64,000 nucleotides of DNA, taken from Thermoanaerobaculaceae bacterium (GTDB lineage Bacteria > Acidobacteriota > Thermoanaerobaculia > Multivoradales > UBA5704). Position 1 is the stretch's first letter, and every line of letters starts with the position of its first letter. The notes beneath the pieces are model-generated. The model searched no databases. It was not told the DNA's origin and saw only the letters and a list, made by a program, of their open reading frames with translations. Position numbers and translations under genes: made by a program. Positions 58,745 to 64,000 of this stretch are shown here, piece by piece. The stretch covers positions 3,712,074 through 3,776,073 of the forward strand of contig CAWAUI010000004.1 of the NCBI GenBank assembly GCA_963785165.1, given 5' to 3'.

Positions 58745-59785
58745 ATGCTGAAAACCATTCTTCGCTCCGGCTGGACCCTGGCCCTCGCGGCCGGCCTGCT
58801 CGCCCCGGGGACCGCCGGCGCTCAAGCCGCCGGGAAGGCCCGGCCGGCCGGCATCCCGGCGCTCCATGACGGCGTGGTCGTCGACGCCACCCGGGGAATC
58901 GCCTACGTCATGGGCCGGGAGGGTCTCGAAGCCCTCGATCTCACCTCGGGCAACGTCCTGTGGCAGAGCCGCGACGCCGCCAAGCCGCTGGCCCTGGCGG
59001 ACGGCACCCTGGTGGCCCAGGCCCGCCCCGACCGCAACGGCGTTCTCGCCCTCGTGACTCTCGACGCCGCGAAGGGCCGGGCCACGGGGCGGACGGAAGT
59101 CCAGATTCCCGGGAGCCTGCGGGCGAACCTGGTCGACGGGCCGTCCCAGACCTTCCAGGTCAAAGCCTTCGCGGCCACCGGCGACAGCGTGACCGTCACC
59201 TGGACGGGTGCGGACGTGATTCCCCAGGGCTACCTGCCCACCGTTCCCGAAACGCCCCAGACGGCCGACACCGCCACCGTCAAGCGGGCCGCCGAAGCAC
59301 GGGAGACCGCCGAAGCCGCCCGCAACGCCTTCCAGGGCGCGGCCCGGCTCGACCTCGAGGCCGGCCGCGCCGTGGCCATCCCCTTCGAAGAGGCCGATCA
59401 GGCTCGCCCGGCCCTTGTCGTCGAGTCCAAAACGGCCGGCGAGGCCAAGGCGGCCGGCGGAGCGCGCCAGCTCACCTCGCTCGACGGACGCCACGTCCTC
59501 CGCAGCGAGCCTTCTTCCACGGGCGGCCTCCGCACTCCGTACCGCTGGACCGTGACCACGGCGTCCGGAGCGCAGGTCGGCACGCTCGACGCCCCGGTCT
59601 CCATGGCCCCCTTCGTCGTCTCGGGCTCCCAGATCTTCTTCGTCGCCCAGCCCTCCGCGCGCCGGGAGGAAGGCAAGATCCTCGAGCAGCCGCTCCGCCT
59701 CGTCGCCTTTGACCTGCGCACCGGCGTCGAAATCTGGAACAAGTCCTTCATCGATTCCATCTATCGCGGGCCGTTCCCGCCCTGA
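58745..59785 (+). CDS. secreted hypothetical protein
   Basis: Signal peptide MLKTILRSGWTLALAAGLLAPGTAGAQA from ATG 58745 (GAGAGGA upstream). The alternative ATG 58697 overlaps the upstream stop (ATGA) but would add 16 aa before the signal peptide. Confidence 0.65.
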   Translation: MLKTILRSGWTLALAAGLLAPGTAGAQAAGKARPAGIPALHDGVVVDATRGIAYVMGREGLEALDLTSGNVLWQSRDAAKPLALADGTLVAQARPDRNGVLALVTLDAAKGRATGRTEVQIPGSLRANLVDGPSQTFQVKAFAATGDSVTVTWTGADVIPQGYLPTVPETPQTADTATVKRAAEARETAEAARNAFQGAARLDLEAGRAVAIPFEEADQARPALVVESKTAGEAKAAGGARQLTSLDGRHVLRSEPSSTGGLRTPYRWTVTTASGAQVGTLDAPVSMAPFVVSGSQIFFVAQPSARREEGKILEQPLRLVAFDLRTGVEIWNKSFIDSIYRGPFPP

Positions 59786-59812
59786 GCTGGAAACCCGCCA
59801 AGGAATGAGGAA

Positions 59813-59847
59813 AGGGGAGAGCCTGCATGGGCTCTCCCCTTTTTCTT
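59813..59847 (+). terminator. rho-independent terminator
   Basis: 11-bp stem aggggagagcc / ggctctcccct with a 6-nt loop, followed by ttttctt. Confidence 0.7.
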
Positions 59848-60108
59848 CGCTTCAGCTCGCGTTTTGCAAAACGAACAAGGATCTCCTTACCGAATCACGT
59901 CTCGTCGCCAAAACCGGAACTGGCCTCTCACGGACTGGAACGAACGGCTCGCGGGAGTCAAAAGTTGTCCCGCTATCCGAAGCGGGCCTCCCATCATGCG
60001 TCTCGAGGAGCGTAGAGGCGAGAGTCGTATACTGCCTCGGCATCGCCCGATTACCATGCCAACTGGCCCGATGAGTTGTAACCAACGGTAAGGCTTGGCT
60101 GAAGCAGA

Positions 60109-60137
60109 GTGCCCCCGCCTCACCGTGGCAGGGGCAC
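60109..60137 (-). terminator. terminator-like hairpin just downstream of the small peptide gene
   Basis: gtgcccc (60109-60115) / ggggcac (60131-60137) plus an inner gcc/ggc pair. UCUGCUUC follows on the minus strand. Confidence 0.4.
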
Positions 60138-60145
60138 CCGGAGTA

Positions 60146-60298
60146 TCAGTTGCAACGGTTCGAAGTCACCGTTACCGTGGGGCAGACACTGTCATCCGAC
60201 CACGCGCCCCCGGCCACCTTGTCCAGCTCCAACCCGTTGAGCTGACGGAGGGTTTCCTTCGAGATCTCGAGCTTGTTGACGGCCTTTGCCTTTTTCAT
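60146..60298 (-). CDS. 50-aa double-glycine-leader peptide precursor (bacteriocin/RiPP-type), not in the ORF track
   Basis: Hand-translated: MKKAKAVNKLEISKETLRQLNGLELDKVAGG | AWSDDSVCPTVTVTSNRCN. AGGAAAGGAAG SD 5 nt upstream. Leader positions L-12, E-8, L-7, V-4, G-2, G-1 match the double-glycine consensus. The 19-aa core is Ser/Thr-rich with 2 Cys. Confidence 0.65.
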   Translation of the reverse strand: MKKAKAVNKLEISKETLRQLNGLELDKVAGGAWSDDSVCPTVTVTSNRCN

Positions 60299-60468
60299 GA
60301 TTTCTTCCTTTCCTCAGACGTCATGGTTCGATCACTGCTTCCGGAACGGGACTGCAGAGGTATACGCGGCAGCACCGATATTGTTTTGGAAATCCAGGCC
60401 AGAAAAATACTTCGAAACTCAGCAAGATTTGACAAGAAACCGCGGCGCGGCAGTGGTATCCTGTGGGT

Positions 60469-61647
60469 TCAAGGCTTCAGCGCCTCGACGTTGCGGCAGG
60501 AAGCTTCGTGCCCGCCGTCGCACGCCTTGCGGAACAGGCTGAGAGCCCGCTTTTCGTCCTTGGGAACACCGTCGCCGAAGTAGAGGAGATCGGCGAGGTT
60601 GGCGCAGCCGAAGGCATTGCCTCCGTCGCAGCTCTGGGCGAAATAGGCGGCGGCTCCGGGCTTGTCGACGGGCGCTCCCTGGCCGTCGCGATAGAGCACT
60701 CCGAGGTTGAAACAGGCCGTGGGATCTCCGCGCTCGCACCGGCTCCCCGCGCAGGCTCGGCGGTAGAGCACCGTGGTGCGCGCCTGATTGGCTGCGGTTC
60801 CCAAACCCTTTTCGTAGAGGTACCCGAGATTGGTGCAGCCGAGAAAGCTTCCCAGGTCGCAGGCCCTCTCATAGGCGATCAGGGCGCGGTCGTAATCCTG
60901 AACGGTGCCTCGATGCGCCTCGAAATGCAGACCGACGTTGTAGCAACCCGGCCCGTCGCCGCTCGTGCAGGCTTGCTGATAGAGGGCAAAGGCCTCGTCA
61001 TCGTTCTTGACGCCTCCCCGGCCCGTGGCGAACAGGAACGCGAGGTGAGCGCACCCGGCGCCGCTCCCGCCGCCGCAGGCACGGCGGAAAAGGGTCCGGG
61101 CCTGAACCTCGTCGCCCGCCTGAAGAGTCAGGTAACCAAATTGGGCGCACCCCTTGGCGGATCCCGCTTCGCAGGCTTGCCGGAAGCGATCGAAAGAGCC
61201 CTCCAGCACGCCCAGGCGATAACAGGCGGCGGCATCGCCGTTCTCGCACGCGGGTCCGTCGAGATCCATGGCATTGGCCAGGGTGACCGTCTTCGCCATT
61301 CTCTCCGTCCCATGGAGAAAGACGAGCTTTACTTTCTGCCCCGGCTTCCGGTCGGCCACGGCGAGATCCAGATCACAGGGATGATCGATCCGTTTTCCAT
61401 CGATCGCCTGGACGAGATCCCCTTCCACCAGTCCGGCGTCCGCGGCCGGACCCCTGGGCCGCGAGATCCTGGAGAACCGCGCCGGAAACACCTTTCGCGG
61501 CCCAGCACGGCGGGCAGCTCCAGCGAGGCGCCCAGTGTGGCGGGGCCGTCGGGACGACGCCGGTCCGCGGAGGAGCGTCCTTCTCCTCGCGCAGCCGAGA
61601 GCAAGGAACAGACAGAGAACAGGTCCAGCGAAGATCCGAGCCCTCAC
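60469..61647 (-). CDS. lipoprotein with PDZ domain and Cys-rich Sel1-like repeats
   Basis: GTG 61647 overlaps the GH44 stop (GTGA). Lipobox LFLALGC. PDZ-like GPAADAGLVEGDLVQAIDGKRI. About 7 Sel1-type repeats (GCxxLGxLY...G...D...A...Y..AC). The N-terminal linker may hide further frame errors. Confidence 0.75.
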   Translation of the reverse strand: MRARIFAGPVLCLFLALGCARRRTLLRGPASSRRPRHTGRLAGAARRAGPRKVFPARFSRISRPRGPAADAGLVEGDLVQAIDGKRIDHPCDLDLAVADRKPGQKVKLVFLHGTERMAKTVTLANAMDLDGPACENGDAAACYRLGVLEGSFDRFRQACEAGSAKGCAQFGYLTLQAGDEVQARTLFRRACGGGSGAGCAHLAFLFATGRGGVKNDDEAFALYQQACTSGDGPGCYNVGLHFEAHRGTVQDYDRALIAYERACDLGSFLGCTNLGYLYEKGLGTAANQARTTVLYRRACAGSRCERGDPTACFNLGVLYRDGQGAPVDKPGAAAYFAQSCDGGNAFGCANLADLLYFGDGVPKDEKRALSLFRKACDGGHEASCRNVEALKP

Positions 61648-63908
61648 GGGTTCCAGGCGGCCACGCTGCCGCTTTCAAAGCCGTCCGCGAAAATCAGGCT
61701 CGAAACGGGAATCTGGACGCGGGCGAGCGTGACGCTTCGCCCGGGGATTGAGGCCGTAAAACCCGAGGGCGTAGCCGTGAGCGTGCCGGCGGCGGCGAGG
61801 CCCGTACCGTCCAGGCGCCAGAGGTCGGCGTTGCTGGTGACGCCTCCGGCCACGGCGACCGTTACGTCCCGCGATACGCTGTCCTTGTTGAACAGGAGCA
61901 CGAAAAGCTTTCCATCGGCGGAGCGCACGGCGTAGCTCGCCACCCCGTCCACCTCGCTCGACACCGCCCGCACCGAGTCGCCGCTCACCCGCGAGCCCAC
62001 GCCGTCGTAGTTGCGGTAGAGGCGGAACGCGTCCTCGGCCAGGCTGCCCGACTCCGGCGCCACCCAGCGCGTGGCCATGTCGAGCCCCTCGCGGCCGAAA
62101 ATGGCGAGCGCCTCGGCCTGGGCCAGCGCGCCGGAGGGCGTGTCGTCCTTCCCCCACTTGTACTCGGCCAGGGCGAGCTTCATCTCGGGGCAATAGGTGT
62201 CGCGCCAGGCGCGCATCCTGGGAATCAATTGCACGATTTTTATGGTGAGGTCGGAGATCCAGGATTCCGACTCCCAGGTGGGATCGTAAAGCTCCTTGAG
62301 CGATCGCAGGCGCGCTTCCACGGTGGCCTCATCGTCTTCCACCGACGGGTTGCCGGAGAGCCCCGCGACTCCGTTTCCCTGCGGATAAAAGTGGATGTCC
62401 AGCCAGTCCACCGGCAGATCACCGGCCGCCGGATGGCCCGCGGGCAGGCGGTGGGCGCACGACTGCTGCATGTACCACGCGGGCCACGCCAGGCCGCCGT
62501 GGGCGTTGCGGTCCGCGCCGGTGATGCAATCTCCGGCCGCGGCGTCCTGGGCCGAGGTCCAGAAATCGCACCACCCCCAGGTCTCGGGGCCGAGGATCTC
62601 GGCGCCCGGATCGCGGCTCTTGATCTTGGTGGCCGCCGCCAGCCCCTTGGCCCAGACCTCGTCGTAACCGGGCGGCGATGGATGGACGTCGCGGTGCGTG
62701 CTGTTCCAGAGCATGGGCTCGTTGTCGAGATTATAAAAACGGACCCCGGTGGTCGCGGCGGGCCAAAGGTATTGACCAGATGCGTCACGAAGTCACCCAC
62801 GTGGGCGTCGAGGCTCACCGCCACCGAGGTGTCCGAGGCGGTGTTGCCGGTGATGTACCGCAGCCCCGGCGAGCCCGGCACGGCGGGGCTCGAAGGGTTG
62901 CAGCAGCGCACGCCGCCCGCGCAGAGGGTGGTGTTCACAAGAGGATCGCAAATCCCGTTGCCATTGTTCGAGCAGCCCGGCACACCGGGATTGACGGCGC
63001 ACTCCGTGCCCGTCTGCGGGCCGTATTTCGTGGTCGAGAATCCGGGATTGCGCGCCGAGGATTTCGCCACCTGGTCGATCGGCATCGTCATCACCACCTC
63101 GGCGCCGGCCGCAAGGGTGGCAGTTGACGAAGCTGTCCGCCGCGGCTCCGTTCGAGCCGCCTTCGTTGATGTTGAGGAAGTAGTAGTCGAAAGCGCGGTT
63201 CGACGTATCGAAAATCCAGTTGTAGCGCGTGGTGCCGTTGCCGCCCCGCCGGTTGGCCGTGTAGAGGCCGGTGGCGAGCTGCGCCGTGCCGGCCCAGTTC
63301 ACGCCATAGATCAGGGGATTGATGGCCCGACGGTCGAGATTGGGATCCACCGTCACCGTGACCGGCCCCCCGGGCGGCGGCCCGCCGTCCACCTGAACCA
63401 GCTCGAGATCGTCCACGTACGCCGTCGCCTGGTTCGCGGGCGCGTTGGCCTGGAAGACGATGCCGTCGAACGAGGGCGCCGTGACGCCGAGCTCCGCCCA
63501 GGTCAGGGTCATCTGGGTCCAGGCGTCGGGCAACGGTGTGAGGTTCTTCGTTCCGATCTCCACGTTGTTCCGGTAGATCGCCAACCTCACAGCCTGCCGG
63601 CCGCCGGCGCCGTTGATCCAGAACCGCACCGAGGAGAACGCCGCCACGGCCGGGTCCGCGGCCCCGGGGTCGCTGTGGAAGTAGATCCCCTGCCAGTCGC
63701 CGCCCACGGCATCCGGCTCCCAGGAGATGGCATTGGGAGGGCTCTGGTGGATCAGGGTCTGGGAGAAGTTGCGGGTCGCCCACCCCCAGTCCTGCCAGCC
63801 ATTGCGGAGGGCGTTGTCGTAGATCGTCTGGACGGCCGCGCCGGCCGATCCCGAGAGGGTCAGGCCGATCCAGAGAACGGCCCAGGAAGAACGGCGGAGC
63901 GTGCGCAC
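61644..63908 (-). pseudogene. secreted GH44-like glycoside hydrolase with N-terminal carbohydrate-binding-like module, two frameshifts in this sequence
   Basis: GTG start after GGGAGG, signal peptide present. NRRGGNGTTRYNW and FYNLDNEPMLWNSTHRDVHP (GH44-type, from memory). Frame breaks near 63100-63123 and 62745-62760. Tail LIFADGFESGSVAAWNP. Confidence 0.7.
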
Positions 63909-64000
63909 GGCGATCGGACCTCCCTTATCTGGGTAACGCCTGATTCTTACATAGATAAGCTCCTATATTCTACCCAGGCCCAGCTCCGCCACGGCCCGGT

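Noticed and set aside
60146-60298. Calling the peptide a lanthipeptide or a complete RiPP gene cluster.
   Set aside because: No LanM/LanB/LanC/LanKC, rSAM or PCAT gene is present within the window. Only the precursor-like ORF is supported.
60299-60328. A 9-codon upstream ORF (MTSEERKKS) overlapping the peptide start codon.
   Set aside because: It lies within the SD region, is very short, and has no SD of its own. It is most likely a chance ORF.

Overview
GC-rich bacterial chromosomal segment (roughly two-thirds G+C by eye), gene content most consistent with Acidobacteriota (ADOP-like MacB/FtsX permease, many large secreted hydrolases); this is an inference. I support about 45 protein genes. 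They include secreted BNR, S1, S8, M1, S9, M48 and GH44-like hydrolases and an Omp85-like/DUF4390-like/histidine kinase/sigma54-activator operon. There is also a yybP-ykoY (Mn) riboswitch ahead of a terC-M50/CBS-terC operon, and housekeeping enzymes. Accessory, visibly A/T-richer islets carry a SIR2-NB-ARC-TPR (Avs5-like) gene and a McrBC-type restriction pair. Beside McrBC is an uncharacterised two-gene module (126 aa plus a 508-aa pseudo-ImmA/IrrE protein). Other islets hold a BrnT/BrnA-like pair and a 50-codon double-glycine-leader peptide gene below the ORF-track cutoff. Non-coding structure is rich: a 14 x 21-bp tandem array, phased GTCCTT arrays, REP-like hairpin clusters and long palindromes between convergent genes. 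Eight genes show a TAnnnT hexamer 7-10 nt before the start codon with no SD (leaderless architecture). At least 9 well-conserved genes carry indel frameshifts, with a dense cluster at 22.4-25.5 kb; this could be assembly error or real decay and I cannot tell which. I saw no rRNA, tRNA, CRISPR array, transposase or integrase. All family calls come from motifs read by eye, not from searches.
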